From positions 909-64,908 of the forward strand of contig VGTW01000002.1 in assembly GCA_016874555.1 (NCBI GenBank): 64,000 bases of DNA, read 5' to 3'. The DNA is from Gammaproteobacteria bacterium (GTDB taxonomy: Bacteria > Pseudomonadota > Gammaproteobacteria > Steroidobacterales > Steroidobacteraceae). Below are positions 27,477-37,887 of the stretch, in pieces. A program made the position numbers and the translations under genes. Numbering within the stretch: the stretch's first letter is position 1; each line of letters opens with the position of its first letter. The notes under the pieces are model-generated. The model made no database searches, was not told the origin of the DNA, and saw only the letters and a program-made list of their open reading frames with translations.

Positions 27477-28208
27477 ATGGCAAGACCGGAGCAGTTTTAT
27501 GTGTACTCCACCGGCACCAACCAGCTCGGCGAGATCGTGCTCAAACGCCGCCGTTGGGTGATGGAGAACAACCGTGATCGCACGCGCCCCGCCCCGGAGG
27601 CTATCGTTTCGCTACCGCCATCTGGTGTCTTGCCGGCTGATTTTTATGTACCTATGACTTTGTTGTGCGAGGGGTATGACAGCGCCCGAACCAACGATCA
27701 ATTTTTTTGGACGATCACGCTATTGGTGAGCACATCTATCATGTCGATGGCATGTGGATCGAGGAGTGCGAGTACATGCTCGCGTCCAAGCTGCATAAAA
27801 ATATGGTCAAGATACATTTCAACCAGCATTTCGAGCGCGAGGGTAGATTCGGCAAGCGTATCGTCCACGGCGGTCACGTCATCAGTATTGCACGCTCTCT
27901 ATCGTTCTCCGGGGCTCGCGAATGTGCTGATGGTGGCGGTTATCCACGGTGGCAAACATGCCGCACCGACTTTCGCAGGTAACACACTGTACGCGTGGTC
28001 GGAGGTGCGTGAGTGCGAAATCTTGCCGGGCTGCGCCGATATCGGTGCGCTGCGTTCGCTTACGGTCGCGACTAAAAATCGCTCCTGCAGTGACTTTCCC
28101 GGGCGGGAGGGCGGTCGTCAGCTTGATCCCTCGATAGTGCGCGACATCGACTGGTCTGTGCTCATGCCGCGTCGTGTTTGGTCGGTCAGTTCCCGGCTGC
28201 CAGGATGA
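27477..28208 (+). pseudogene. MaoC-like (R)-hydratase/dehydratase gene interrupted by two opposite 1-nt frameshifts
   Basis: The hot-dog core FGKRIVHGGHVISIARSLSFSG is in frame 2 (27707-27913). The flanking N-terminal part and the continuation LANVLMVAVIHGGKHAAPTFAGNTLYAWSEV are in frame 0. The shifts sit at a T7 run (27702-27708) and a G4 run (27911-27914). Confidence 0.6.
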
Positions 28209-28224
28209 TCGCAATAGCTTGATC

Positions 28225-28345
28225 TTATTGAGCACGCTTTTTGTTGATCTTGGTCTCCAGCTGCTCGAGGCGGCGCGCGAGTTCGTTGTTGCCGGCGAGT
28301 ACTGTACGCACATGAAAGAAGGTGCACGCGATCTCAGCGTAACCT
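28225..28345 (-). pseudogene. remnant of an ORF6N/antirepressor-type gene (C-terminal fragment)
   Basis: The minus-strand reading EIACTFFHVRTVLAGNNELARRLEQLETKINKKRAQ* resembles the tail of ORF6N-domain proteins (..IMRAFVRLRxxLAxNxELAxKLxELEKK..). It has no N-terminal part and its upstream end overlaps the vapC stop. Confidence 0.3.
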
Positions 28346-28729
28346 CGTAAGACCGGGCACGCGGTCATAAACCGCGTCAAAACTCAACATATCTTCGATG
28401 TTCTGTCGTTGCATGATGGCGACATGTAACGCGGCGCGCACAGGCAGCGTCGGGTACTGCAACACGAGTTGCTTTGCACGCTCCACAGTCTCGCGATCGA
28501 CCGCGATCACTTCATCTACCACACCCAGCAGCGCATCCATGGCCGTTTGGATGCCGCCACGACGTTCGATGGCGGTATATCGATGCAGGATTTCGACGAG
28601 CACCTCGGAGTCGGTAACGAGTCGCACACGCTGGGTCACGAGGGCCTCGAGTCGCCGCTGTGCATCGACCTTGTTCGGGTGTGCAGCACCGACGAGATAC
28701 ATTGGTACGTTGGAATCTATGAAAACCAT
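28334..28729 (-). CDS. vapC: type II toxin, PIN-domain ribonuclease VapC
   Basis: 131 aa. MVFIDSNVPMY carries the first PIN acidic residue, with later conserved acidic positions (VTDSEV, SFDAVYD). It sits 30 nt downstream of the antitoxin gene. Confidence 0.85.
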   Translation of the reverse strand: MVFIDSNVPMYLVGAAHPNKVDAQRRLEALVTQRVRLVTDSEVLVEILHRYTAIERRGGIQTAMDALLGVVDEVIAVDRETVERAKQLVLQYPTLPVRAALHVAIMQRQNIEDMLSFDAVYDRVPGLTRLR

Positions 28730-28759
28730 CTTACGAGCCCCATAACCACCACGTGCGTC

Positions 28760-28999
28760 TCAATAACCGCGCTCAACTTCACTCGTCAGCCGCTCGATGG
28801 GGCCGGTCGGCGCGCTACTACGCACGGCAGCGCGGATCGCCGCGAGTTTGCGGTCGATATCCGCCGTTGACGCTTCGCGTCGCGCCGCAGCCAAGGTCTG
28901 CCGGACCCATTCCGCGACCGTCATGCTGCGACTCGCCGCCGCGGCCTGCAGGGCGGCGTATTCGGCATCGTCGAAAAGAACCTGCAAACGCTTTGTCAT
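28760..28999 (-). CDS. vapB: type II antitoxin, ribbon-helix-helix (VapB/CopG-like)
   Basis: 79 aa. The N-terminus MTKRLQVLFDDAEYAALQAAAASRSMTVAEWVRQTL is a typical RHH fold signature. Located upstream of vapC. Confidence 0.75.
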   Translation of the reverse strand: MTKRLQVLFDDAEYAALQAAAASRSMTVAEWVRQTLAAARREASTADIDRKLAAIRAAVRSSAPTGPIERLTSEVERGY

Positions 29000-29012
29000 A
29001 TAATTAGTTTGA

Positions 29013-29034
29013 TTGACTCATTACAATGAGTCAA
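29013..29034. promoter_or_regulatory. perfect 10-bp inverted repeat (TTGACTCATT-AC-AATGAGTCAA), candidate VapB operator/promoter
   Basis: It starts 14 nt upstream of the vapB ATG, in the vapB-gltB intergenic region. It contains TTGACT on both strands. RHH antitoxins typically bind palindromes overlapping their own promoter. Confidence 0.45.
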
Positions 29035-29113
29035 ATAGCCGCTAATGCTTTTAGAAAGCGGTATCGGGCGTTTATAGTGCGACTGGGGGAAGTTCGGAGA
29101 TCACTCGGAAATT

Positions 29114-32100
29114 ATGATGACCAAGACGACCGTCCAGGTAGCGGCAGCTCGAGTCACCCGCCCCGACAAACAGGGCCTCTACGACCCTGCCAACGAACGC
29201 GATGCCTGTGGATTCGGCTTTGTCGTCAATATCGAGGGGCGAAAGTCCAACAAGGTTCTGCGAAATGCGATCGAGGTTCTGAAAAACCTCGACCACCGGG
29301 GTGCCTGCGGTTGTGAGGTCAACACCGGGGATGGTGCGGGCGTACTGATGCAGATGCCGCACACCTTCCTGAAAAACGCCGCCAAGAAGTCACACATCAC
29401 CCTGCCCGAGCCCGGTGAGTACGCCTGCGGACTGATCTTCATGCCGCGTAATGCCACGCAGCGTCGGCGTATAGAAGAAATCTTTGCCCGCGTGGTTCAG
29501 TCAGAGGGGCAGATCTATCTCGGTGGGCGTACCGTGCCCACTGACAACTCCATGCTCGGCGAAACGGCGCGCGTCAGCGAGCCCTTCATGCGCCAAGTTT
29601 TCGTGCAGCGCGGCCCCGACACGCCCGATGCCGACGCATTTGAGCGCAAGCTCTATGTCATTCGCAAGCGCGCCTACAATGAAATCCGCGTATCGACAAT
29701 CGGTGGTGCTGAGTACTGGTATGTCGCGAGTCTTTCGCACAAGACGCTGGTATATAAGGGAATGCTGCTGACCATGCAGCTCGATCAATATTTTCCTGAT
29801 CTTCGCAATCCCCTGATCGAGACTTCAATCGCCCTCGTGCACTCGCGCTTTTCGACCAACACGTTCCCGAGCTGGGATCGTGCTCATCCATATCGTTACA
29901 TCGCCCACAACGGAGAGATCAATACGCTGCGCGGCAACATAAATTGGATGCGCGCACGCGAGGCCGTGCTCGAATCGCAGCTCCTTGGTGACGATACGCG
30001 CAAGCTCGCGCCGATCGTCAACGTCAACGGCAGCGATTCGTCGATGTTTGATAACGTCCTCGAACTCATGGTGCTCGCAGGACGTTCGCTGCCGCACGCC
30101 ATGATGATGATGATTCCGGAGCCTTGGTCGAAGCACGAATCTATGGACCCGGCGCGTCGTGCGTTCTATCAGTTTCACTCATCGCTGATGGAACCCTGGG
30201 ACGGGCCGGCCGCCATTGCCTTTACCGACGGCGTACGCATCGGCGCAGTACTCGATCGCAACGGCCTGCGCCCGGGTCGTTACTACGTCACCAAGGACGG
30301 CATGGTCGTAGTGGCCTCGGAGGCCGGCGTACTCGAATTTCCCCCGGAACAAATCGAGCGGAAGGGTCGTCTGCAACCCGGGCGCATGTTCCTCGTCGAT
30401 ACCGAGCAGGGCCGCATCGTCGAAGACGAAGAAATAAAACGTTCGGTCTGTAACGAGTGGCCCTATGCCGAATGGCTCGGCGAGCATCTTGTGTATCTGA
30501 AAGAATTGCCGCCGGCACCACAATTGCCGGTGCCCGAACCCGACCTTCTACTCGCGCGTCAGATCGCTTTTGGCTATAGCTTCGAAGATCAGAGATTATT
30601 GATGGCACCAATGGCCCGCGACGGCGTCGAGGCCGTCGGTTCGATGGGCAACGATACGCCGCTGGCTGTGCTGTCGAAGCGACCGCGGCTGGTCTACGAC
30701 TACTTCAAGCAACTCTTTGCGCAGGTGACGAACCCGCCCATCGACAGTATCCGCGAAGAAATCATCACCTCGTCGGATGTCTGGCTGGGCTCTGAGGGCA
30801 ATCTGCTCGACCCTAAGCCGACCGACTGTCGGCGTATCGAGCTGAAAGCGCCTGTCGTCACCAACGAGGAATTCGCGAAGATCCGCCGAGTGGCGCTGCC
30901 CGGACTCAAGGTCGGGACGGTCTCACTGCTATTCCGCGTGGCGCGCGGCGAAGAGGGTCTTGCGAAAGCGATCGAACAGATGCGCGAGGAAGCCCGACGC
31001 CTCATCGAAGAGGAGGAGGTCAACATTCTGCTGCTCAGCGATCGTGGCGTGACCCGCGAGATGGCGGGCATTCCCTCATTGCTCGCCGTATCGTCGTTGC
31101 ACCACTATCTCATCCGAGAAGGCCTACGCATGCGGGCCTCGCTCGCGATCGAAACTGGCGAAGCGCGCGAGGTACATCACTTCGCACTGCTGATCGGTTA
31201 TGGCTGCAGCGTTATCAATCCCTATCTCGCCTTCGAAACGCTCGACGGCATGATCCGCGATAACCTGCTGCCCAACGTCGATCACAAACTCGCCTGCATC
31301 AACTTTGCCAAGGCGGCCACGAAAGGTGTGGTCAAAGTAATGTCGAAGATGGGGATTTCGGCTGTGCAGAGTTACCACGGCGCGCAAGTGTTCGAGGCTG
31401 TTGGTCTGCGACAGGACGTGATCGACGAATATTTCACTGGTACCGCTTCACGCGTCGGCGGTATCGGACTCGATATCGTCGCCTCGGAAGTATTGATGCG
31501 GCATCGCGCGGCGTTCCCAGAGCGCCCCGCAGGCGATCAGGTGCTGCCGACCGGTGGTCAGTATCAGTGGCGCGCTGACGGCGAATTCCATGTTTTCAAC
31601 CCGGAAAGCATTCACCGTCTGCAAAAAGCGGTACGCACCGGTAGCTATTCAACCTTTAAGTCCTATGCGGAGCTGATCGACGACCGAGCTAAAAATCTTT
31701 CCACTTTGCGCGGTCTGCTCGATTTTAAGAAAGGAGACTCGATCTCTATCGACGAGGTCGAGCCGATCGAGAGCATTATGAAGCGCTTCAAGACGGGTGC
31801 CATGAGTTATGGCTCGATCAGTAAAGAGGCGCATGAGACGCTCGCCATTGCGATGAATCGCATCGGTGGTAAGAGTAACACCGGCGAGGGCGGCGAAGAC
31901 CCTGATCGCTACGTGCCGCTGCCGAATGGCGATTCGAAGAATTCTGCGATCAAGCAAGTCGCCTCGGGCAGGTTTGGCGTGACTAGTGAATATCTCGTTC
32001 AGGCCAAAGAAATTCAGATCAAGATGGCGCAGGGAGCGAAGCCGGGCGAAGGTGGGCAGCTGCCGGGTACCAAGGTTTATCCGTGGATCGCTAAGGCCAG

Positions 32101-33742
32101 GCACACCACGCCTGGCGTTGGTCTGATCTCGCCGCCGCCGCACCACGACATCTATTCGATCGAGGATCTTGCGCAGCTTATCCACGATCTTAAAAATTCG
32201 AATCGCGCAGCACGTATCAGCGTCAAGCTCGTGGCCGAGGTGGGGGTTGGCACCATCGCCGCGGGCGTCGCCAAGGCGCACGCCGACGTGGTGCTCATCA
32301 GCGGCCATGACGGCGGGACCGGAGCGTCGCCACTGACTTCGACAACCCACGCGGGTTTGCCGTGGGAGTTGGGGCTCGCAGAGACGCATCAAACACTGGT
32401 ACTCAATAATTTACGTAGTCGTATCGTGGTCGAAGCCGACGGACAGCTGAAGACGGGTCGCGATGTGGCCATTGCCGCCCTGCTCGGTGCCGAGGAATTC
32501 GGGTTCGCCACGGCGCCGCTGGTTTCGGTGGGCTGCATCATGATGCGTGTCTGCCATCTCAATACCTGCCCGACCGGCGTGGCGACGCAAGATCCGCGTC
32601 TGCGCGAGCGTTTCGCCGGCAAGCCCGAACATGCTGTTAATTTCATGCGCTTCATCGCCATGCAATTGCGCGAGCTCATGGCCGAGTTGGGCTTTCGCAG
32701 TGTTAATGAAATGGTCGGTCGCGTCGATCGCCTCGAGCCGAGGGCGGCCATCGATCACTGGAAGGCGCAGGGCTTCGACTTCAGCAATATCCTGTATCAG
32801 CCCGACTCAGGAACCGAGGTCGGCCGGTACCAGACCATAGAGCAGGATCACGGTCTCGAAAAATCGCTGGACGCTACCACGCTGCTCGATCTGTGCCGGC
32901 CGGCCATCGAGCAGGGGGCGAAGGTCGAGGCAAGTCTGCCGATACGGAATGTCAATCGGGTGGTGGGTACCATCACGGGTAGCGAGATCACAAAGAAATG
33001 GGGTCCACAGGGTCTGCCCAACGACACCATCCGGATTCGCTTCAAAGGCTCGGCGGGACAAAGCTTTGGCGCTTTCATGCCACGGGGTATGAGTTTCACG
33101 CTCGAAGGCGATGCCAATGATTACGTGGGCAAAGGGCTCTCCGGTGGTCGCATTGCGGTGTTCCCGCCAAAGGGTTCAACATTCAAGTCCGAAGAAAATA
33201 TGATCATCGGCAACGTTGCGCTCTACGGCGCGACCTCGGGCGAGGTGTTCATTCGCGGGCAGGCCGGTGAGCGGTTTGCGGTGCGTAACAGCGGCGTCGA
33301 CACCGTCGTCGAGGCGATCGGTGATCATGGTTGCGAATACATGACGGGTGGCCGTGTGGTGGTATTGGGGCCGACGGGGCGCAACTTTGGCGCCGGCATG
33401 TCGGGCGGCGTTGCGTATGTGCTCGACGAGTGTGGGCAATTTCAGGCACGAATCAACGTGCAAATGGTCGAGGTCGAGCGGGTCGAAGATCTGACAGAGG
33501 CCGAGGCTCTGCGAAGTTTGGTTGTCCGTCATATCGAAGCTACGGGTAGCACCCATGCGCAGCGCATCCTCGATGCCTGGGAAGTGAAGTTACCGAAATT
33601 CGTACGTGTGATTCCGAAAGACTACAAGCGCGTGTTGGCCTGCCTGCAGCGTGCCCATGATCAGGGTCTCTCCGGCGATGAGGCTACGATGGCCGCCTTC
33701 GAAGAAAACTCACGCGATCTGTCTCGCGTAGGAGGTAACTGA
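29114..33742 (+). CDS. gltB: glutamate synthase large subunit
   Basis: 1542 aa. Ntn amidotransferase start ...[11 protein letters not shown], plus the FMN/Fe-S central domain and GXGXG C-terminal domain regions. Confidence 0.97.
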   Translation: MMTKTTVQVAAARVTRPDKQGLYDPANERDACGFGFVVNIEGRKSNKVLRNAIEVLKNLDHRGACGCEVNTGDGAGVLMQMPHTFLKNAAKKSHITLPEPGEYACGLIFMPRNATQRRRIEEIFARVVQSEGQIYLGGRTVPTDNSMLGETARVSEPFMRQVFVQRGPDTPDADAFERKLYVIRKRAYNEIRVSTIGGAEYWYVASLSHKTLVYKGMLLTMQLDQYFPDLRNPLIETSIALVHSRFSTNTFPSWDRAHPYRYIAHNGEINTLRGNINWMRAREAVLESQLLGDDTRKLAPIVNVNGSDSSMFDNVLELMVLAGRSLPHAMMMMIPEPWSKHESMDPARRAFYQFHSSLMEPWDGPAAIAFTDGVRIGAVLDRNGLRPGRYYVTKDGMVVVASEAGVLEFPPEQIERKGRLQPGRMFLVDTEQGRIVEDEEIKRSVCNEWPYAEWLGEHLVYLKELPPAPQLPVPEPDLLLARQIAFGYSFEDQRLLMAPMARDGVEAVGSMGNDTPLAVLSKRPRLVYDYFKQLFAQVTNPPIDSIREEIITSSDVWLGSEGNLLDPKPTDCRRIELKAPVVTNEEFAKIRRVALPGLKVGTVSLLFRVARGEEGLAKAIEQMREEARRLIEEEEVNILLLSDRGVTREMAGIPSLLAVSSLHHYLIREGLRMRASLAIETGEAREVHHFALLIGYGCSVINPYLAFETLDGMIRDNLLPNVDHKLACINFAKAATKGVVKVMSKMGISAVQSYHGAQVFEAVGLRQDVIDEYFTGTASRVGGIGLDIVASEVLMRHRAAFPERPAGDQVLPTGGQYQWRADGEFHVFNPESIHRLQKAVRTGSYSTFKSYAELIDDRAKNLSTLRGLLDFKKGDSISIDEVEPIESIMKRFKTGAMSYGSISKEAHETLAIAMNRIGGKSNTGEGGEDPDRYVPLPNGDSKNSAIKQVASGRFGVTSEYLVQAKEIQIKMAQGAKPGEGGQLPGTKVYPWIAKARHTTPGVGLISPPPHHDIYSIEDLAQLIHDLKNSNRAARISVKLVAEVGVGTIAAGVAKAHADVVLISGHDGGTGASPLTSTTHAGLPWELGLAETHQTLVLNNLRSRIVVEADGQLKTGRDVAIAALLGAEEFGFATAPLVSVGCIMMRVCHLNTCPTGVATQDPRLRERFAGKPEHAVNFMRFIAMQLRELMAELGFRSVNEMVGRVDRLEPRAAIDHWKAQGFDFSNILYQPDSGTEVGRYQTIEQDHGLEKSLDATTLLDLCRPAIEQGAKVEASLPIRNVNRVVGTITGSEITKKWGPQGLPNDTIRIRFKGSAGQSFGAFMPRGMSFTLEGDANDYVGKGLSGGRIAVFPPKGSTFKSEENMIIGNVALYGATSGEVFIRGQAGERFAVRNSGVDTVVEAIGDHGCEYMTGGRVVVLGPTGRNFGAGMSGGVAYVLDECGQFQARINVQMVEVERVEDLTEAEALRSLVVRHIEATGSTHAQRILDAWEVKLPKFVRVIPKDYKRVLACLQRAHDQGLSGDEATMAAFEENSRDLSRVGGN

Positions 33743-33743
33743 G

Positions 33744-35228
33744 ATGGGTAAGCCAACCGGATTCATCGAGTACCTGCGCGAGACCCCACTCGATCGCTCG
33801 CCGCTCGAACGAGTGCGCGACTGGAAGGAATTCCACCACCACCTCGATGAAAAAGGTTTGCGTAATCAGGCAGCTCGTTGCATGGATTGCGGAGTACCGT
33901 TCTGCCACACCGGCAAGTTGATTAGCGGCGGTGCTTCGGGCTGCCCCGTAAACAATCTCATTCCCGAGTGGAACGATCTCGTTTATCGGGGTCTCTGGCG
34001 TGAAGCACTCGATCGCCTGCACAAGACCAATAATTTTCCGGAATTCACCGGCCGTGTGTGCCCCGCGCCCTGCGAAGGCTCCTGTGTGCTCGGCATCAAT
34101 GCACCTCCGGTGACTATCAAAAATATTGAAAATACTATCATTGAGCGTGGCTTCGAAGAGGGTTGGGTCAACGCCGAACCACCAGCGATGCGGACCGGCA
34201 AGAGAGTTGCCGTGGTGGGTTCCGGACCCGCAGGCTTGGCGGCTGCGCAACAACTCAACCGAGCCGGGCATTCGGTAACCGTGCTCGAGCGCGCTGATCG
34301 TCCAGGCGGGCTGCTGATGTACGGCATTCCCAACATGAAGCTCGGGAAAGAAGAAGTGGTGATGCGCCGCATCCGCTTGCTGGAACAAGAGGGCATTAAG
34401 TTCGTTTGTAAAACGAGCATCGGTGACAACTACGAAGCGCAGATGATGCGCAAAGATTTCGACGCCATCGTGCTGTGTACGGGGTCTATGCAGCCGCGCG
34501 ATCTCGGGATCGAAGGCCGTAAGCTGGCCGGCGTACATTTTGCGATGGACTACTTGACCGAGGCCACGCAAGCCGTGCTCGGCAAGGGGCCGGCGAAAGC
34601 CAAAATTCACGCTAAGGGGCTCGATGTTATCGTTATCGGTGGTGGCGATACGGGTACCGACTGCGTGGGTAGTGCGATGCGGCAAGGCTGCCGCACACTC
34701 ACGCAGTTCGAAATCTTGTCTAAACCGCCACTCGAGCGCGCCGACGACAATCCTTGGCCGGAGTGGCCGCGCGTCTACAAGATGGACTACGGCCAGGAAG
34801 AAGCAGCCGCGAAATTCGGTAAAGATCCGCGTGCATATCTGACTGCCGTCAAAAAATTCGTGGGTGACGATCAGGGTCGTGTCAAAGAGTTGGTTACGGT
34901 CGATGTCTGTTGGCAACAGAACGATTGCGGTCAGCTGGTGCCCGTTGAGCAGGTGGGAACCGAGCGCACACAGCCGGCGCAGCTCGTGTTGCTGGCGATG
35001 GGCTTTGTCGGTCCGGAAACCGGTTTGCCGCAGGATCTCGGTCTGGAGCTCGACGAGCGGCGTAACGTCAAGGCGACGTACGGTGAGTATGCGACCAATG
35101 TGCCGGGGGTGTTTGCAGCCGGCGATTGTCGCCGCGGTCAGAGTCTTGTGGTGTGGGCGATCAACGAGGGGCGTGGGGCCGCGCGGGAATGTGATCGCTG
35201 GTTGATGGGTAAGACCGATCTGCCCTGA
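33744..35228 (+). CDS. gltD: glutamate synthase small subunit
   Basis: 494 aa. Cys clusters CMDCGVPFC and CPAPCEGSC, and dinucleotide motif VAVVGSGPAGLAAA. It starts 2 nt after gltB. Confidence 0.97.
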   Translation: MGKPTGFIEYLRETPLDRSPLERVRDWKEFHHHLDEKGLRNQAARCMDCGVPFCHTGKLISGGASGCPVNNLIPEWNDLVYRGLWREALDRLHKTNNFPEFTGRVCPAPCEGSCVLGINAPPVTIKNIENTIIERGFEEGWVNAEPPAMRTGKRVAVVGSGPAGLAAAQQLNRAGHSVTVLERADRPGGLLMYGIPNMKLGKEEVVMRRIRLLEQEGIKFVCKTSIGDNYEAQMMRKDFDAIVLCTGSMQPRDLGIEGRKLAGVHFAMDYLTEATQAVLGKGPAKAKIHAKGLDVIVIGGGDTGTDCVGSAMRQGCRTLTQFEILSKPPLERADDNPWPEWPRVYKMDYGQEEAAAKFGKDPRAYLTAVKKFVGDDQGRVKELVTVDVCWQQNDCGQLVPVEQVGTERTQPAQLVLLAMGFVGPETGLPQDLGLELDERRNVKATYGEYATNVPGVFAAGDCRRGQSLVVWAINEGRGAARECDRWLMGKTDLP

Positions 35229-35261
35229 TCTGAAAGATTCATCGACCGAAAAAATCAGTTC

Positions 35262-35293
35262 AAAAAAAACCCCGCGTTAGCGGGGCTTCTTTC
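35262..35293. terminator. bidirectional rho-independent terminator
   Basis: A8 - CCCCGC GTTA GCGGGG - CTTCTTTC. On the minus strand the 6-bp GC stem is followed by T8, which is strong. On the plus strand it is followed by a weaker T-rich tract after gltD. Confidence 0.65.
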
Positions 35294-35299
35294 AAAGGT

Positions 35300-35462
35300 A
35301 CCAACACTCCCGGGTCGGTTAGTTTAGGCCGCCACAAAAGAGCGACACCGCGGGCGCAAATGCGTTCCGGCTTGAACCCTTGCAAGGTTCCCGGGAGCCG
35401 CCAATCGAGGCCGCTTCCCGACCGTGCCCGTGCCAACCGCCCGGGGTTTGAGTTGTTTGTTT
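35300..35462 (-). ncRNA. ssrS: 6S RNA (SsrS), tentative
   Basis: The minus-strand transcript has a closing stem (CCCGGGCGGUUGG with CUAACCGACCCGGG) and the element GGAACCUUGCAAGGGUUCAAGCC, matching the E. coli 6S CCUUGAACCAAGGGUUCAAGG region (remembered). It ends at the T8 terminator. The ORFs here are implausible. Confidence 0.55.
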
Positions 35463-35527
35463 CACGCATCGTATTTTCTTTCGAAACACAGACGTGTGAT
35501 GCAAATAAGCATCAAAACCCACGAAGC

Positions 35528-35558
35528 CATACAAATCAGACACTTACGCGTCGTCTGA
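35528..35558 (-). terminator. possible terminator of the 35664-36434 gene
   Basis: Minus strand: TCAGAC-11 nt-GTCTGA followed by TTTGTAT. The stem is short and the loop large, so this is weak. Confidence 0.25.
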
Positions 35559-35663
35559 TTGCTACGTGTGGGAAGAGTATACACCACGATTGTGGCAATG
35601 GAAGTGTGGGGAATGCGACAGCTGTCACGAAAGCGCGACCTCGTGTGCGACCGCTCGATGCCG

Positions 35664-36434
35664 TCAGTTACCCCAGTGCGGTCCGCCCGAGAGTTCGACT
35701 AACTCATAATACGTTTGCATGTAGCCCGCCACCTGCCCTTTGAGGAAAAGGTATTCTCCATTGGCGGTACACCAGACATCGTAGGGCGGATGCTCCTGAG
35801 GCAATTCGGGATTGGCCACGAACTGGAAATGTAGCGCATCGAAGGTGCCGGCTCCGACGGTCACTTTTTCGACGCCCAAGAACACGATATTAAGGCCGAT
35901 CGAGAACAGCATTGGACCTGTGGCGCCGCGGTGGTCGGGTGAGGACAACAGCATCTGCTTGATGCGCTGCACCTCGCCCATTTTTTTCTGGTCGATCAGT
36001 CGCAGGTGCCAGGCGTCGCAGGCGATGGCGTGGTTCTGGAAGGTGAGCAGCGGCGTGGCAAGGTCTACACGCTGCGAGACGCGACCCTCGAGTGAGGTGA
36101 AGGATTCGCATTCGGCGAAGTCGGGATGAAAGCGAAACCAACCCGAACCCATGAATTTGCTGCCTACCGAGAGCCGCACAAAACAATCGGCCGGCATCCA
36201 GTGCGCGTCGAGCGAGTAAGTGATATCGCGCATGACCGACGGCCGATCGTCGATTTCGCAGTGAGCGGTGCAAGTGCGCGTGCCATCGGCGTGCACATCG
36301 ATGCGAAAGTATTCGCGGCCACGTTCCTGGTTGAGTCGCCCCGGCTTCTTGCTCGTGTAGAGCACTTTGCCCATAACGCTGCGATGATCACGCTGCAGGA
36401 TAGGGAGTTTCGGATCGGTGGGAGCATTGGCCAT
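35664..36434 (-). CDS. hypothetical protein
   Basis: 256 aa with good GC3 bias. No signal peptide and no motif I recognise. Confidence 0.6.
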   Translation of the reverse strand: MANAPTDPKLPILQRDHRSVMGKVLYTSKKPGRLNQERGREYFRIDVHADGTRTCTAHCEIDDRPSVMRDITYSLDAHWMPADCFVRLSVGSKFMGSGWFRFHPDFAECESFTSLEGRVSQRVDLATPLLTFQNHAIACDAWHLRLIDQKKMGEVQRIKQMLLSSPDHRGATGPMLFSIGLNIVFLGVEKVTVGAGTFDALHFQFVANPELPQEHPPYDVWCTANGEYLFLKGQVAGYMQTYYELVELSGGPHWGN

Positions 36435-36497
36435 GGGTACAACCTCTATAGAACTATCTGCGTAAAGAATTTCGCCGGAGGACTTCGAGTCTAGCGC

Positions 36498-37862
36498 TCA
36501 GGATCCGGGTGTTGCCCATTGGCGCACTTCACGCGTCGCAGCGCGGAAATACGGCAGGTTATAGACCAGCAAACTGCCGCAAATCACCGATACAGCAGCG
36601 GCCACTATGAACATCGAGTAGCGCAGCTGAGCCTCATCGGCGAAATAAAAATCGGTGACGAGGGCGACGGCGGTTGGGCCGATGAAAAAACCTACGGCGT
36701 TAAGCACGAAATAGTAGATTGCCACCACTTGCGCGCGCATGGTCGGAGGTGCAATCGACACCACCGCAGCAGCGCCGGCAGCGGTTGGCGCGGCAGCGCC
36801 GACAGTCGCAGGGATCAAAAGCAGCACTGCAAGCAGTGGCGTTGGCATCAGCGTGAAGAGACAGTATCCCGTCGCCATCACCAAGAACGAAGCAAGGCAG
36901 ACCCGCACATAGCCGTCTTCGTAACGCCTCTGGAAGTAATCACTCATCCAACCGCCGATCAGTACACCCATCAAGCCGAAGACGATGGTGATGACGCCAC
37001 GCCATTGCACCCAAAGGCCGAGTTGCTCCGGCGTCAAAGCGTAGGTGCGTCGCAGGAACTCGGGAATCCAAAAGCCTATGCCATAGGCCATGATAGCGAG
37101 TCCCGACAGCGCAAAGAACAACACGAAAAAAGCGCGCCAGCGACTCGTCAGATGGGCAAGAGTTTTGAGCACGGGCGTAGCGATGGGCTTCGCCCCCGAA
37201 ACTAGGAATTCACGCCTGATAGGCTCGCGAACGGTGAGTACCAGCAACGCGATCAACAGTCCCGGTAGACCAACATAGATGAACATCAGCTGCCAGGGTT
37301 CGTACCAGCCGACGAGGGGCAGTTCGACGGGGCCTGCCTCCTTGAGTTTAGGATAGACCGCACCGCCGAATATGAAGGCGAGTCCACTACCGCTCGAGAC
37401 CCCGGCGGTGTAGAGACCAATCGCCCGACCGATCTTATCCGGCGGAAAGTAATCTTTGAGTAATGAAAGTGCAGAAGGATTGAGCGCTGATTCGCCGGCC
37501 CCAACACCGACTCTCGCCAAAAATAACGCTGCATACGAGGTCGCAAAACCGCAAGCGGCAGTCATCACACTCCAGAACGCGATCCCCCAGAAAATGAGCC
37601 AACGCCGATTGCCGCGGTCTGCCAACCACGCGATGGCGACGCCAAAGAACGTGTAAAATACTGCGAATGCGCCACCCAACAGCAGGCTCATCTGCGTATC
37701 GCTGATTTGTAAGCTGGCCTTAATATCAGGAACGAGCAAGGCAATGATTTCGCGATCGATGAACGCTAAAATATAGGCGAGAAGCAGCACCACGACGACA
37801 TACCAGGCGTATAGCGGGCTAGGGTAGGGAACCTGCGTGCCCGAGGTGTTTGTGCTCGACAT
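36498..37862 (-). CDS. MFS transporter
   Basis: The start is taken at ATG 37862, with AGGAGA 9-10 nt upstream. About 12 hydrophobic spans. MFS loop motif ADRGNRR between TM2 and TM3. Confidence 0.85.
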   Translation of the reverse strand: MSSTNTSGTQVPYPSPLYAWYVVVVLLLAYILAFIDREIIALLVPDIKASLQISDTQMSLLLGGAFAVFYTFFGVAIAWLADRGNRRWLIFWGIAFWSVMTAACGFATSYAALFLARVGVGAGESALNPSALSLLKDYFPPDKIGRAIGLYTAGVSSGSGLAFIFGGAVYPKLKEAGPVELPLVGWYEPWQLMFIYVGLPGLLIALLVLTVREPIRREFLVSGAKPIATPVLKTLAHLTSRWRAFFVLFFALSGLAIMAYGIGFWIPEFLRRTYALTPEQLGLWVQWRGVITIVFGLMGVLIGGWMSDYFQRRYEDGYVRVCLASFLVMATGYCLFTLMPTPLLAVLLLIPATVGAAAPTAAGAAAVVSIAPPTMRAQVVAIYYFVLNAVGFFIGPTAVALVTDFYFADEAQLRYSMFIVAAAVSVICGSLLVYNLPYFRAATREVRQWATPGS

Positions 37863-37887
37863 CGGCGTCATTCTCCTTTGCACGTCT

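Noticed and set aside
29026-29316. 96-aa ORF starting inside the vapB-gltB intergenic palindrome
   Set aside because: It runs out of frame into gltB and has no RBS. It is an artefact.
31649-32392. 247-aa minus-strand ORF, and similar ORFs at 32389-32758 and 30179-30523
   Set aside because: They are antisense shadows inside gltB.
33684-34916. 410-aa ORF on the minus strand
   Set aside because: It is entirely antisense to gltD, which has unmistakable motifs. The composition (Arg/His/Ala-rich, no motifs) is typical of shadow ORFs in GC-rich DNA.
35260-35743. Small ORFs 35260-35469, 35319-35543 and 35360-35743
   Set aside because: They have implausible composition. The region is better explained by a structured RNA (6S-like) plus terminator and promoter sequence.
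36519-37205. 228-aa plus-strand ORF
   Set aside because: It is antisense to the MFS transporter gene, and its Arg/His/Gly-rich composition is non-protein-like.
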